A program made the position numbers and the translations under genes. Of a DNA stretch of 64,000 nucleotides, positions 43,668 to 59,424 are shown piece after piece. The notes under the pieces are model-generated. The model ran no database searches and was not told the origin of the DNA. It saw nothing but the letters and a program-made list of their open reading frames with translations. The first letter of the stretch is position 1. Every line of letters starts with the position of its first letter. The stretch is taken from positions 19,778,001-19,842,000 of the forward strand of contig OX597837.1 in assembly GCA_951406725.2 (NCBI GenBank). Reading direction: 5' to 3'. The DNA comes from Octopus vulgaris. Its lineage: Eukaryota.

Positions 43668-44034
43668 CATTATTATTATGACTATTATGTAGAATAGTAT
43701 ATGGTACGCGTGAACGCCTGTCATTTTACATTTCTCCAAACACTTACTCGCACTCCATTCCATTGTATGAAGGCTACAACGATTCCAGTATTGGTTTCTT
43801 CCATTGGCACAGAGGGAGGAATGGAGTCGATTATATGGATTCCCAGTACATGATTCTTCCAATATTTCCATTTTAACTGCTACGTTTAGTCTTTGTATTT
43901 GGCACAACGTGGAATTGGCAGACATTTGCCAAACTGTTACCCATGATGTCATTGCTCTACAACAGTAGTAGTAGTAATAGTAGTAGCGGTAGTAGTAGTA
44001 GCAGCAGCAGCAACAGTAGTAGTAGTAGTAGTAA

Positions 44035-44066
<32 letters not shown>

Positions 44067-44276
44067 ACAGCCGTAGTAGCAACCGTAGTAGCAACCGTTG
44101 TAGCGGTAGTAGTGATAGTAGTTGTAGTAGCAGTAAGCAGTAGTAGTATTGGTGGTGACAGTATTGGTTGTGGATAATGATGGCGTTGGTGTTAGTAGTG
44201 GTGGTCATGGTATGATGATGAGAATGCTGGTAATAAGGCTAATGATAATTGTGATGTTGTTGTTGTAGAAGTAGTA

Positions 44277-44331
<55 letters not shown>

Positions 44332-45063
44332 CATCAGCAGCAGTACTAGTAGTGGTGATTATGGTGATGGTGGCGGTTGTGGTAGTGGTGATGTGGCGAT
44401 GTTGGTGGTGGACGTGGCAGTAATATTGGTTGCCCTGGTTATAGACATGGAGGGTATCGTAGTAGCGGTAGTAGTATACTGATGGTGGTAGCGGTGGTGG
44501 CGGTGGTGGCAGCGGTGGAAACGGTGGTAGTGGTGATGGTGGTGCTGTTGATCATGGTATATATCTGTGCTGCGTACACTCGTAGGTATTACACTAGTGA
44601 AATAAGCTGGGAGTTAACCCCAGCTCACTGAACCCTCCCTTCCTCACCACCCCTCCCTTTTACCTGACATCCACCATTTTCGCTCTCATTCGGACCTCTC
44701 TTTCTCACTCTCCCACTCACTCACTCACTTACTCACTCACTCACTCACTCACTCACTCACTCACTCACTCACTCGCTTGCTCACTCACTCACTCACTCAC
44801 TCTCTTTCTCTCTACTCTCTCTCTCTCTCTCTCTCTTACCATCTCCACGGTCTGATCACATCAATGTCATCTCACAACTTGACATTTTTACAAGCTTAGT
44901 TTGACGCATGACAATACAATCACATGACAGCTTGTATGTATGTATGTATGTATGTATGAAGATGTGTATGTATACATGTATATGTATGCACGTGTGTATA
45001 TATACACACGCATACACGTAATATATATTTACACACATGTTTGTGTATATATTTATATATCTG

Positions 45064-45121
<58 letters not shown>

Positions 45122-45250
45122 CACATATATATATACATGTCCGTGTATGCATATACGTATGTTTAAATCTGTATGTGTATTTATATGCATATAATATACA
45201 TACATGCATATATATAAAGATATATATATATATATATATAAATATGTGTG

Positions 45251-45282
<32 letters not shown>

Positions 45283-45320
45283 AGTATATAAATATATATA
45301 TATGTATATATGTGTGTGTG

Positions 45321-45364
<44 letters not shown>

Positions 45365-45632
45365 CATACATATACACACTCCAACACACACACACACATA
45401 CATATATATTATGGTGTACCTGTCGTGGGTTAGTGGAGCGTTGTCGACGGTAGTGGGGTTAGTGGGGGAGTTTGGTTGTAGTTGTTGTTTTTGGAGGAGG
45501 AGGGGGAGGAGGAAAAGAAGGAGAGGGAGAGGAGAGAAAAGTGAACAAAGCACGGACTGATGGATGATTAGATAATAAACCTGGGCAACGAAACATGGAG
45601 TAAGAGGGGGAAGAGAGATATGTGGGAGTGAG

Positions 45633-45701
<69 letters not shown>

Positions 45702-46529
45702 TTGGTTGGTTAAACTAAAAGATCGAGAATGACTAACATTCACAGCTTCAAGTAACAAGTGTCTGAAATGGATATATACATATATACACATACATACGTA
45801 TGTATGTATGTATATATGTACGTTTATGTATATATATATTTACTCTTGTAGTATGAACATTCACATATGCATATACACTTAAATGTAGTGTGTGTTGCAT
45901 TTTATGAACTTTGTAAGCACACGCACACGCGCACAGACACGCATATACACACATATACACATTTTTAAAGCTGTTTCTACGACTTCATATTTCACAGCGA
46001 AGTGTTTATCCCGCAGCTCATCAGCGAAGAATATTTGAATGTTAACGGAATTATCCTTGGCCCAGCGCCGCGAAACAGTTTATTGAGATCTCTGGCTGGG
46101 TCCTATTTGATTACATCCAGTAAAGAAAAGAATTTATATTTCACTCTTGTAATTTGACAAGTAAGAATTTATTTGCTTTACGGCATTTTGACATTATCTC
46201 TGTCCTTTTGTTTAAAATATTGGTTTACTTTGTTATTATATGATGCTTCATTGCAGAGTACACTGGAATGTGTGTCGTATTCAATGAATGAATAACATAA
46301 AGATAGAATGATCTGCCCCAGTTTCACGACAGACTATTTAATCTTTCTTTATATATACGTCATTATAATCGTACGGGAGAATGACTCATTCCAAGCAAAT
46401 ACAACCCCTCTTGCCCCGCTATTCGTCACCATAATACTCTTATTTTTAGCAACATCCAATAGATCCCAACATCTTTCAACAACTATAAGCCTTTGTAAAG
46501 TTGATGTGAGTCTCCTAGTGGAGTATATA

Positions 46530-46790
46530 TCCGTTGCTTTTCTTTCCTTTTTCCGACAACATGGTCTTGTACAGAATAGGCAACGTGAATGTATGTGGCC
46601 TGGGGCCACCTTGGAAGCGGGGTCACCTGCTCAGTAACCTTAAGGTAGTGAATGTCGACGTGATAGCCATTAGTGAAACCAGAATTTTCGACCCGTTTTC
46701 GGTGACTATGAGGTGTACGCATCTCCAAGTCGTTCGGAAGCGGAAGGTAAAGTCACCGTGATGCTTCAGAAAAATCTGGATCTTGCTATA
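46530..46790 (+). mobile_element. Tx1/L1-like ORF2 5' fragment (duplicate of 47765-48020)
   Basis: MVLYRIGNVNVCGLG..LLSNLKVVNVDVIAISETRI is an APE endonuclease N-terminus. Confidence 0.8.
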
Positions 46791-47398
46791 ATCCTACACC
46801 TAGGATTGTGTTCCAATTCCGCATATAGACGTTCAAGACCGTACCCCCAAAACATCAACCCAATTGACTGGCGTGAAGTTGCTAACTAACATACTCCAAC
46901 CTTTTGTTCACAGACATGCTGTCTTCTTATCGTGTTTCTTACCCTAAGAGTCGTTTGGTTTCAGGCCACTTCCACCCAAACCCATTCGAATCAATCGTCA
47001 CTTTTCTCATCCAGCTTTCACATAAGTCTTCTTACTCCTGTTTCTCCATCCTTCGGCCTTTTGAAATTCTTCTTTACCTCGTTTTCTTCCTGCGAGCGTC
47101 ATCTTGCAATGGATGAAGAGCAACTATTATTTCCAGCTCGGAGACCTGAAACACGGAAAGGTAACACCTCTTTATCGAGATCAAACCATAAAGAAATAAC
47201 AAAACAATAACTGGCACTCCGTTGGTTTCGACGACGAGTGTTCCAGATGACCCGCTGTGAAATTAACGTGCAAATATTTAACTTGGATTCGTCATCAAAA
47301 AGCAGAGTTTTCTTTGTATACACCAGTATCTTCGTTATCGTTGCTTTTGATGGTGATTTGGGAAAAAGATAAGATTTGTAAAATGAGAGCTGAAGAAG

Positions 47399-47596
<198 letters not shown>

Positions 47597-47759
47597 TTCT
47601 TTCATTCATTCATTCATTCATTCATTCAAACAACACAAAACTCATACACACACTTTTTAAGAGAATATCACCAAGAAAATTCTTGGTGATTTACTGTTGG
47701 AAACAACCCAGGCCAAAATGAGGGACGGGCAATTCGTCCCTCCAAACAAAACCATGTAA

Positions 47760-49630
47760 GTTTCCCTTTGCTTTTCTTTCCTTTTTCCAACAACATGGTC
47801 TTGTACAGAATAGGTAGCGTGAATGTATATGGCCTGGGGCCACCTTGGAAGCGGGATCACCTGCTCAATGACCTTAGAGTACTGAATGTCGACGTGATAG
47901 CCATTAGTGAAATCAGAATTTCCGACCCATTTTCGGTGACTATGAGGTGTATGCATCTCCAAGTCGTCCGGAAACAGAAGGTGGAGTCGCCGTGATGCTT
48001 CGGAAAAATCTGGATCTTCCAATAAGGACAAACTCCCTGGATCCGGAAGGCAAGTCGGTGGAGCTGGACGTGATAGGCAGCGAAGGACATACTTTCAGGT
48101 TGGTTACAGTTTATGCCCCGACAGGAGCAGGACGACCCGATTTCTTCAGACGTTTGGAAATCTTCCTGTGAATGTCCCGCTCTTTAGTGCTAGTGGAAGA
48201 TAGGAATGGAGTTTTAGATGTAAGTAGGGACTGTGTAGGTTTAGCAGATAAGAGAGAAGGTAGGGGAGCACAGACATGTGCCATCCCGAAAATATCCATC
48301 CACAACAACCTCTACCTCATTCGATACATCAATGAAAACGTGGCTAATGAAACATCTGACACAGATGGAGCCCTGACCAATTTAGCTCAGACTAAAGCTT
48401 TTGATAGAGTCGACTATCTATACCTGGCAACGGTCCTAAAGGCAACTGATATATGGCCTGTATTTAGGGGCTGGATCGCTGCAATACACAGCGACATCTG
48501 TTCATTGGTCAGAGTGAACGGCTACCTCTCAGAGTCGTTTACCTCATGCGCTCGGGCCGGCGAGAGTGCCTCCTTTCGTCTGTCTTGTATGTACTGACTC
48601 TCGAGTCACTAATACACAAACTGGAGGCGTTGAGAGGCATCCACGTGACCTAGAATATGGGAGACGCGTGTCGGCATATGCCGATGACGTCACTGTAGTG
48701 GCGTACGATCATATACACATAGAAATGATCGGCACCGTTCTCAGGAACTACGAGGCGGTTTCAGGAGCGACGATTAACCAATAAAAATCAGCGTACTTGC
48801 GACTCGGCACCTGGAGAAGCAAGTCCATGCCGTCCAAATGCGTCGTTGGACGCTTGACGGACCGGTTAAATTGCTCGGGTTTTGGTTCGGTCCAGACCTC
48901 CAGATGGACAAAAAATGAGACGAGCAGGTTGACTACTCTCACCCAGAAATGGGCCAAGAGGAAGTTATCCCTGAAAGGTCGGGTAGAGATGGATAACGTG
49001 TATATCGCGTCCATCTACTATCACTTGACCGTCGCGCCTTATCCTGGCCAACGTCTGATTACGCTGGAACGTACACTCATCCGCTTCTTATGGAAAGGAC
49101 GCGTCAGGTGCTATCAACATTCGCTGAGTGGTGGCCTGGGCATGCCGTGGTTGAATGATGCGCAGAAATGCGCTGAAGCTATGACATCTCCAGTGCTTCC
49201 TTGACGGTGAACGAGTGTGGTCGCTGCTCGCCAGACACTTATTTCCACAGATAGTGGTTACTTTAACGGATCTGCAGGCATTTGGAAAGTGGAATGTCTT
49301 CTAGCGCCCACAGCCCTCGGATAATCGGACACTGCGATAGATGGAACGTCCACTTTAGCTTTTTACAGAGAAAGAGGAAAAGTGCGACAACGTCCTTGGG
49401 GAAACCTTGGGATTCGAAGAAGATTAACTAGCTGCTCTTTTCCGGAGGACGTTCGGCTCAAGACCGATGGATAACTTCCAAATATTTCTGGCCTGGCCGT
49501 ACCACCGGCGAACTTTGGCTGTTCGCGATAAACTTTACAGGCACGGAAATGCAGTCAGCTGAGTATGAACGAGATGCGACAGGACGACGAGACGGTCTTG
49601 CAGGCATTCGTCCAGTGCCCGAACATTGCT
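47760..49630 (+). pseudogene. Tx1/L1-clade LINE ORF2 relic, internally deleted
   Basis: APE (IGSVNVYGL..VIAISE; LVTVYAP), RT (KAFDRVD, VSAYADDVT), GGLGMP and C-terminal ETVLQAFVQCP; frameshifted. Confidence 0.88.
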
Positions 49631-50227
49631 TGCTGAGTCCTTACTTCTGGGTTCAAATTCCGCTGTTTCAAATTTCGCTGTTTCAAATTCCGCTGTTTCC
49701 GGATCGATAGAATAAGTAACAATGAGCCCTGCAGTCGATGAAACTGGTTTACCCCAGCCCCACATTGACAAAATTTGAAACTATTATTAGTTTAAGAGAT
49801 GTACCAGGCAATAGATAACTTTGGGGTGTATTCACGATCCGCTGCAAGTTGGGCTCAAAAAGAAAAAGGATCAAATATCTTTCTCATTCCCAGTGTATCA
49901 ATAAACTAGATTATCAATTACTCAAGTTGCTTCAACCGATTTCTTTGAAATCACCATTGGATTAAAATGGTGGACGATGTTATGGTGACGTTTAAGATAT
50001 CGATTACGTAAATATACACACATACACATACACATACACACACGAACATACATGGTGTATATATATGTATGTATGTATGTATGGATGGATGGATGGATGG
50101 ATGGATGGATGGATGGATGGATGGATGGAAGGATGGATGCATGCATGTATACGCAAATTTCTATCTGATATGTACTCGGAAGTTCGTTGTGCATTTATTT
50201 GTAAATATGTAATGTATGGCTTGATGT

Positions 50228-50261
<34 letters not shown>

Positions 50262-50365
50262 GTATATATATGTGTGTATATATATAAATATAAATAAATA
50301 CATCTATCCATACATATATATATGTGTGTGTATGTCTATACATGCATATATACACGCATATATGT

Positions 50366-50534
<169 letters not shown>

Positions 50535-50828
50535 TGTATGTATGCATCAGATATATGCATCAGATATATAGAAGCGCATAGGCCTGTTCAACTGTATGTA
50601 CGTATGCAAAGAAGAAATAAGCACAAAGAAACAAACAATTTGACAGATTCAACAGAAGTAAGATGTTTGTAAACAAGACAAACGATCTCTTGTGATGCAG
50701 TTTAAGTATTCACTATAATTAAACATCTGTCTATCATTTTAGCGCCACTATTTATGCCACAACCTATAGGCACACGCCGTCTTCTCTTCCTTACTTACTT
50801 CCTCTCTTTCATTCTTTATTTATTTATT

Positions 50829-50868
<40 letters not shown>

Positions 50869-51323
50869 TTCCTTCTTTCTCTTTTATTTCTTTCTGAGTT
50901 GCTTTGTTTCCTCTCTTCACATACATACCCACATACGCTCCAACCAAGCATTCATGCACACGAACACACACGCACATATGCACACACACACACACATAGT
51001 TGTATTATACGTATGCACGTACGCATACACACAAGCATGCACACCTGCAAATGTATTTTTATGTACTTCTCTGAATGTGTTTATGTATGTGTGCGCGCGT
51101 CTATGTCCGTCTGTGTGCATACATAAATATGTATATACACACATATATACTTACATACACACACATGTATATATATATGCATACATATATACGCACACAC
51201 ACACACACATATATATACTTATATATATACATATATATATATATATGCACATATATATCTATACATATATGTATATATATATATATGTATTTATATATAT
51301 ATATGTATTGATATATGCTCGTT

Positions 51324-51360
<37 letters not shown>

Positions 51361-51700
51361 TCATAGTTGTTATACACACACATGTAAAATTATGCACGTA
51401 CTACACGCACGCGCACGTTTAGAAATGGAAGCGAGAAGAATGATTGCATGTAATGCGGTTGATTTGTTCGTATAAATTGGATGATTCACTGTGTAGGTAC
51501 TTGGGAGATTTACGTGTGTTTTGTAGCGTTCTGGCTGTGTCAGAGTGAATGGCAAAAAGAAACGATGTTGGATCGAATGGAAACTGGTTCCCGCTCTTTT
51601 CAGTTAGTGGAGGTTAAGTAGTGAACTTCAAGCCAATCTATTGGACTTACTGGACCTACCTTTTATCTGTTACCTGTTTCAATCTGTGGATTGTGACCAC

Positions 51701-51808
<108 letters not shown>

Positions 51809-51821
51809 AAACACGCACACA

Positions 51822-52664
51822 CAGGGTGCGGTGAATAAGCTGTCGTCTAAGTTATGCAAAAATGAAGACAACACTGACATCTCATTTTATCAGATTTATT
51901 TACCAAAATTACATAAAATTATTTTGAAATACTAATGAGTAAATTTATTCAATAAAATCGCCATTGGCTTCAACCACGGCCTCCAGACGACTTCGGAATC
52001 TCCTGCAACTCTTCTAGATGGTCTCCTCTTTTAAGTTGGAGAATGCTGCCATAATCCCTTCCTTCAGTTCATTGTTGGTGTTACAAGGAGTTTTGTCGGT
52101 TTCTCGCTCAGCTGCGCCCCCACAAAATAATCAAGGGGCTGCAGTCTGGGGAATTAGGTAGCAAGATGTTAGGGGTGATGTAGTCGCAGAAATTGTCTGA
52201 CATCCATGACTGGGTTCTCCTGCGTGTGCGACATGGTGCAGAGTCCTGTTGCCAGACATAGGGTCTTCCAGGAGCCACCCTCTTGACTCAGGGTATCACT
52301 ACCTCCTCCTGGCATATTGTAGGCCTCCATGTGGGAAGATGAATGGAGGCATAATGTCGCCATCACTAGTGATCACTCCAAACACCATGATGTTGACAGG
52401 ATGTTTAATTTTTATTAGTCTCAGTACATTTTCTCAGACTGATACCCAGACACTCCGAAATGTTTGTATTGGGGCTGCCAAGCAGTACAGCATGTCGTTT
52501 CCTAATTTCTGGCACAGTGTCTTGCGTCATGGTGCTGTTTTTCACACAGACGGTGAGCAGCTGATCCTACTATACTGTCTAGTCGACTAAATCAAAAACA
52601 AACAATAAGCATGTGCAAAATTAAAAAAGTATAAAAATGGCGACAATTTATCCGCCGCACCCTG
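51822..52664 (-). mobile_element. Internally deleted Tc1/mariner-superfamily element (maT/DD37D-like)
   Basis: TIRs cagggtgcggtgaataagctgtcg / cgacaatttatccgccgcaccctg|ta. Minus-strand WQQDSAPC..TQSW..PNSPDCSPLDY. Confidence 0.85.
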
Positions 52665-53104
52665 TACATATAATTATTTTCAGGAGCCAATAGAATCGAG
52701 ATAGTTTAATAACAAAGGCACCAATGTAGAGTCGAGGACAACATACCCGTGCATTACCAGTGTGTACGGACATTCATGTATTTACTAAATCAAATACAGA
52801 TTTGTCCTTACAGTTACTTATGCACCCACAAAAGTAGCTCAAATACACCCAATGTATACGCAAATTCAAACAAGAGTATACTCTGTCATGCAGTCCACGG
52901 TCTATTGTAGGTTCATAATCCAACGTAGGGAAGATTCCGAGTGTTGTGTAGTATAAATGATAGCAAAAATGGGCTGAAGTTCTCTACAGCTGTTTCAGAC
53001 GTGAACAAATCAAATACATCATGTACAAAAAACTGTTTTCTTCAGGCGAATTAAAAAATAAATGTAGCATTTAGGATTTTTCACACAAATAGTATAAGAT
53101 CGCA

Positions 53105-54270
53105 TTTCTTTCGGTTTCCATCTACAAAATCCCCTCACAAGGGTTTGGTTGACCCGAGGCTACCCTAGAAAACATTTGCTCAAAGTGTCACGTTGTTGAA
53201 CTGACCCTTAAACTATGTAGTTGGTAAGCAAGCTTCTTACCACACAGCCACGCCTGCTCCTATCATGGCAACATAAACTATCTATTCTTGTCCTTTACTT
53301 TAAATTGGTGAACTGCTAGAACCGTTAGCATATCGGAGAACATGCTTATTCGCATTTGTTCAGGTTTTACCTTCTGACTTGGACTCCTGCTGAGGTTGCT
53401 CTTTATCCTTTTGAGATCGATTAACCAAATTACCAGTCAAGTACTGAACTCAATGTAATCGACTTTCCTTTCCCCTTAAAACTGCTTACCTTATGCCAAA
53501 ATTACAAAGAAATATCCTATAGAAAGAAACTGGCGCTCCGTCGATTACGACAATGAGGGCTCCAGCTGATCCGATCAACGGAAAGGCCTACTCATGAAAT
53601 TAATGTGCAAGTGAATGAGCACACCTCAGATATGCATGCCTTTAATGTACTCAGGGAAATCCAGCGTGACACACAATGTGACAAGACTGGCCCTTTGAGA
53701 TACGGGTACAATTTATTCTTGTCAGTTGAGTGGACTGGAGCATCGTGAAATAAAGTGTCTTGCTCAAGGACATAAGGCGCAGCCTGGAATCGAACTCACA
53801 ACTTTACGATCATGAACCGAATACCATAACCACTAAACCATACGCCTTCGCTTTATCCTATACTTTACCAATGATCATGGGACGGCCATTCAGTTTGAAA
53901 TCTAAGGAATTCTTGTTTGTCTTAAAATGTCCTTTTGCATTTTGAGACAGGATGTAAACTTTCCTCAACAAGTATAAAGCATAATCTATGTCTTAGCTCC
54001 ATTAGTAGGCTGGGGCGTTGTATTAACGATTACGAGATCGAGGGTTCCATTCCCGACCCGAGCAGTGTGTTCTGTTGTTTAGCAAAACACTTAATTTCAT
54101 GTTGCATTGCAATGGCTTTAACATCTAACTTGCGGTACACCTTCCACCTGCACAGGTAATGTCAATCTGTTGGAGGGAGAGAGCTAATGTACAGAAAAAG
54201 CATTTGGATATTATAAACAAATCATTCGAGCAGGTTGTTCACCAAGGAAACAGAATCATCCTTCTCAAAC
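53105..54270. mobile_element. Cluster of decayed SINEs (B 5' half, A, two C-like)
   Basis: B at 53105-53260 (-), A at 53305-53500 (+), C-like at 53520-53850 (-) and 54005-54270 (+), by similarity to intact copies in the window. Confidence 0.7.
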
Positions 54271-56129
54271 TCAAAAGACTTCCATCAATTAAGAGTGCGG
54301 TGGTTGTCGTGGCCTTTATGCCAGTGGTTGTAGTTACAATTTCCACTCCACTTTAGTTTTCGTATGTATTGTAGTGAAGAGGTAACGTTTTTTGTGGTTG
54401 TGGGCCTAAAATCTTTTGTGTGCTGGTTGAATTTACTCTTAAAATCGAGCACTGCTCTAATTCAGATGGCAACCAATATCAACAACTCTGCGAACAATGA
54501 CAAAAAGTCACCTGAATGTGGTCACTCGGTTTGTAAGAAATACCAGTCAGACTTCCTTCAAATCGTCAACTTACTGTTTTAAATATAGGAATGTGAAACC
54601 AGAGCGGAAAAGGACTAAGCTAAATATAAGTAACACATTTTAACGAACGATCTGCCATCTTGTCCTTCACGGATGTGATAATCCATGTATTGTGAACGTG
54701 TTTTGCGTTGTATACCACTGTCAGGTTTCGAAACCGTGTATGAAGAATAAACTGCTGCTGTTGTTGTTGTGGTTTTTCAATTGTTTTGCATATTTATTTT
54801 GTCAGTTGAGTCAGAGAATGTCTGAGAATCGTGACGTCAAGTAAGAAATGTTGTCAAAATTGTTTCAAAGTGCAGAACAGACGAGAAAAATGGCTGACAA
54901 AAACTCTCCATTGCGTGTTGCAGACAGAAAAGAAAGCAACATGGCTGGAGCTGTTGTTTTTGTATTTAACTGTTGTTGTCGTTGTTATTACTTCTGCCGT
55001 TGTTGATGTTGTTGTTGGTGCTGTTTTTGTAATCGTTGGGGCTTTCTTTTGTGTTGGTAGTTTGTTCTATTTATAGATGTAATACTTGTTGTTATTAATG
55101 TTGTTATCGTTATTACTAGTGTTATTGTTGTTGTTGTTACTCCTGTTGTTGTTACTGTTTTTTTTTTGTAATTGTAGTCATTTTGTTTGGTTTGGTTGTA
55201 AGTAGTCATTTTCTTATTTGTTGTTGTTGCTGTTGTTGTTGTCTAAATTCTAGTTACAGACGTAACAATCCTACTTGTTGTTGCTATATTGATTTTGCAG
55301 CTGTTGTTGCCGCAGATGTAATTGTTGTTTTATCTGCTGCTGCTGCTGCCGCTGCTGTTGTTTGTTTTGTTTTAATTACTTACACAAGCTGATTAATTGT
55401 TATTGTTGTTGTTGCTGTCATTAATACAGTTGTTGTTGTTGTTGTCGGTGTACCGGTTATGACGTCATCCGAATAATCGTTGCAGATATAATTGTTGTTG
55501 TTATTATGTGTCGATCTGGATGCTTTGTTGTTATCTTGAAAACGCGCGTGGCCTAGTGTTCAGATCATGACCACAAGATAGCAGGCTCGATTCTTGAACC
55601 TGGCTGCAACAGTGTCTCCTTGGACAAGATATTTCATTTCACATTGCCCCTCTCTACTTAACTGAAAATAAGTAACACTTTAGTCTTGTTGCAATCGTCT
55701 CTGTTCCTGGCATAGAATTTTCAACAGAACTCGAAGTCTCTTCTGTCCGTATCTCATGACACCGCCTTCATTGTCACTGTATGACAGCTCAAACTCTGAG
55801 ACGCGGTAGATGCATGCTGTAAGACGAAAAAATTGTGTTATTTGTTCAAAAGCTATTATATGCTAATTTAGTTAATAGAGACGTTATTTTGAGGTTTGAT
55901 GACCAGAAGCCACCTGAGATCTCAAGAATCTTTCTCACGACTTTTGCAGAATAATAGATGGTACATTTCTGCAAGTCGACATGCACTGCCGGCCTGCAGA
56001 AATGTGCCTCTTAGGTAGCAACTTGGGTGTTATGTCAAATGCACCAATTACCACAGGAACAAAAGTTACCTTTGTCGTCCACAATCCCTTCAAGACTTGG
56101 GCTACTGAGTTTTATTTTCGATTTTCTCC

Positions 56130-58030
56130 ATTTCTTTGGTAACCACTCATCACACTTCAGACTACTTTATTTTTACTTTGATTTCACAAACTCAGCTAAC
56201 ATTCCAATGTAATCTTTTACCTACACCGTTACTCCTGTGCCTATACTTTTCTTGTGTTAGCTTACGGTATTCATTTATGAGATACTTAATACTTTCGTTT
56301 CCTTTTACACTCATTTTGCTTTTGCTCCCTGACTGAGTTTTTCCAGTCTTTGTCTTTTTTAAGTTCGTTCTAACGATTTGCTTCTGGAAATTAGCAATAT
56401 AATAAACAATTCAATTTGATGCTTCAGGTTTCCATCTGTCAGCCACAACTCTTCTTTACTTCCAAAATCCCCTGGCTTTTAGCATGAATCGGTCGAGTAA
56501 TTCCTTTTTTTTTAACTATTTGTCCTACCATTCTTTCTTCTCTTTTAGAATTCGTTTACTGATTCAATGGCTTTTTTATATTTCTGGCCGCAGAGATATT
56601 CATTTTTCACTATGCACAATACAGCTTTACAAATCCAACGTCATTGTACTAATTGTGTCTTCTGCATTGAACAAACGTCTGCTTCCTTCCTTTCGTTGTA
56701 ACTAGAGACTCGATTTGACTCTGAGGGTGGTGACGTTTTGTATTGTGAGCAGTTTCCTAGTTCTTCTATCTAATTCCTGTCGTTCTGTCTTTGTTCCTTT
56801 TAGAAAAGAGCAGACTATCTCAAAATATAATGTTCCCTCCATTTAAGAAGGACTAATTCAATGATGAAAAATAATGAGGTGAGTGAGAGAGAAAGAGCAA
56901 GTCTAACTGAAATATCCCCACTCCAGGTACATCTTCATATCGTAACGTTTCGTTACCATAATTTTGTTTTGCTTCTCACGATGTCATCGCTTTAACTGAA
57001 CAAGAATCTCATTGAACGTGGTTAGGTACTCAAAGGACCGTGTAGTGCTTTATTATATGTTTACTTTTAACCCATCCAATCAACAACTAAGTCCTTATTC
57101 ATACCTCATTGATCATCATGTTATTATGCAACAGATCAACAGTTCGTCTTGACTTCATTCTGCGTCCTTTTTGCTCGTCTGGTAATAGATTCCCCTTCTC
57201 CAGAAAATTATGCCATTCATCTGCTAAGGTCACTCAATAATTTCCGGAGTGATGGTTAGCATATAACAAGCCTATAATTACTGATTACTTCTCTCTTTTC
57301 TTTGTCCTTCTCCACTGTATCTCTTTTTGTCATCCATATTGGTATTCCATTTTCTATACAGTCAGTGAGAAACAGTCGTATATAGCTGTGCATGCATGAA
57401 AGATTTTAAAATCAGAATTCTTGAACACCATTTGGTCCAGAAGCTTTCCAATTTACTATTTTCTATAATACCTTTTTCCCTTTTTCATCTATAATTCTCT
57501 TCTCTCAAGTTACTTTCTATTTCACTTATAAATTTCCATAACATTCTGCTTATCTGTTGAACCTCTTTACTCCAAATATCTAACCAAAATCTTCCTTTGC
57601 TTCAGCGTTTGGTAAATCATTCCGCCAATGTTAATTTTCATTGTTCAGCTGTTACTAAAATTTCCCTTCCTTGTTTCTCGAGAGCATGCTCTGGTAATCT
57701 GTTGTATTTAGTTGTTTGGGCTGATTTCCTGGTGATTTTTCAGCACCCGTAATCTTTTAATATATTCGATTTTTTTAACATTCCCTCTATGTTCCCTCAA
57801 CAGTCTGTATCTGTTTGTCGATTGTAGTTAATTTACTGGAAGATTGTTGCGATAATTATTTTGGACGTCTTTGCATATTGCATGTCTATGTGCAGCTTTT
57901 TCCTTTGGTTTTGTCATGTTTTAGAAAGAAATGCCTCACTTTTATATATATGCCGCAAGGTGTCATTTGTATAAGTTTTAAAACCATCTCATGGTATACA
58001 GGAACGCCTCAATTATACTGCCTAGAAACA
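56130..58030 (-). pseudogene. Old decayed R4/Dong-clade RT ORF
   Basis: Ordered minus-strand remnants KASGPNG, NYRLVIC, LLPDEQKG, GIFQ.D, ELDRRTRKLLT, WLTDGNLK and KLTQEKYRHR..LHW. Confidence 0.75.
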
Positions 58031-58437
58031 TAACGAGATATATGCCAGATTTTGGTTGTGATAACCATATCCTTTTAGTGTCTAGTTGACACACATACAC
58101 ACACTCACACACACACTCACCCACACACTCACCCACTCACTCACACACTCACTCACTCACGCACTCACTCATTCACTCACTCATCCACTCACACACACAC
58201 ATACACACACATGCTGTGTTTACATTTTAAGTGTATAAATACATTTTGTTTGTATTTGAAAGCATTCATTGTTTCATTTTCTGAACAGTTAAAATGTTTC
58301 CGCTTCAATTTATTTTTAAAAAAATTATTAAATGTAATGATAAATACAATCAAAATATATTCCTTCACTTCTAATGCAAACAAAATTTCTCTTTCTCTTT
58401 CTCTCCCTCTAACTCTCTCTCCCTCTATCTATCTATC

Positions 58438-58482
<45 letters not shown>

Positions 58483-58503
58483 TATTTACAAATCATACAT
58501 ACA

Positions 58504-58612
<109 letters not shown>

Positions 58613-59082
58613 GTATATATCTATATATGAAATACATACACACATACGTACATGTGCTCCCCTATATATGCCTATGAACATATGCAGGCGTGGGCGTTAA
58701 TGTGTGTATATATATTTATGATTTATATATATATAAATATTATATATACATATTTATATATATATATATATATGTGTATAAGATTATATATACAAATATA
58801 CACATGAATGTATGTGTGTGTGTATAAATGTATGCTTGTGTAGGAGCGTGTATTTGTGTGTGTCCGATTCCGTAGAGTGTCCAAGACATCTGGGGTCAAT
58901 CAGTTTGTACAGATTATGTCTGCTGCTGTCACAACTAATTCCTGCTCCATTGCTTCAATAAGTCAAGCTTTTGCAATCTTAAGAATCAAAGGAAATGGTC
59001 TAACGGGGTTGGTTGAACGGGTGTGTGAGCATGCGTATATCTTGGCAAGTATCCTTCGAATTCTGAGTCTGTCTGTGCGTGT

Positions 59083-59130
<48 letters not shown>

Positions 59131-59241
59131 TATACATGTATATATACATATATGTGTGTATATATATATATAAATATATATACACATATATATATATATA
59201 TACATATATATATACATGTATATATACATATATGTGTGTGT

Positions 59242-59286
<45 letters not shown>

Positions 59287-59346
59287 TATAGATGTATGTG
59301 TATATCTTATTATATATGCTTATATTTGTGTGTGAGAACACACATA

Positions 59347-59424
<78 letters not shown>

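Noticed and set aside
45965-46085. CTGATGA on the minus strand as a hammerhead
   Set aside because: No convincing stem II, GAAA and stem I arrangement.
58856-59080. Open unique stretch as a possible exon
   Set aside because: Weak splice signals and no recognisable protein.
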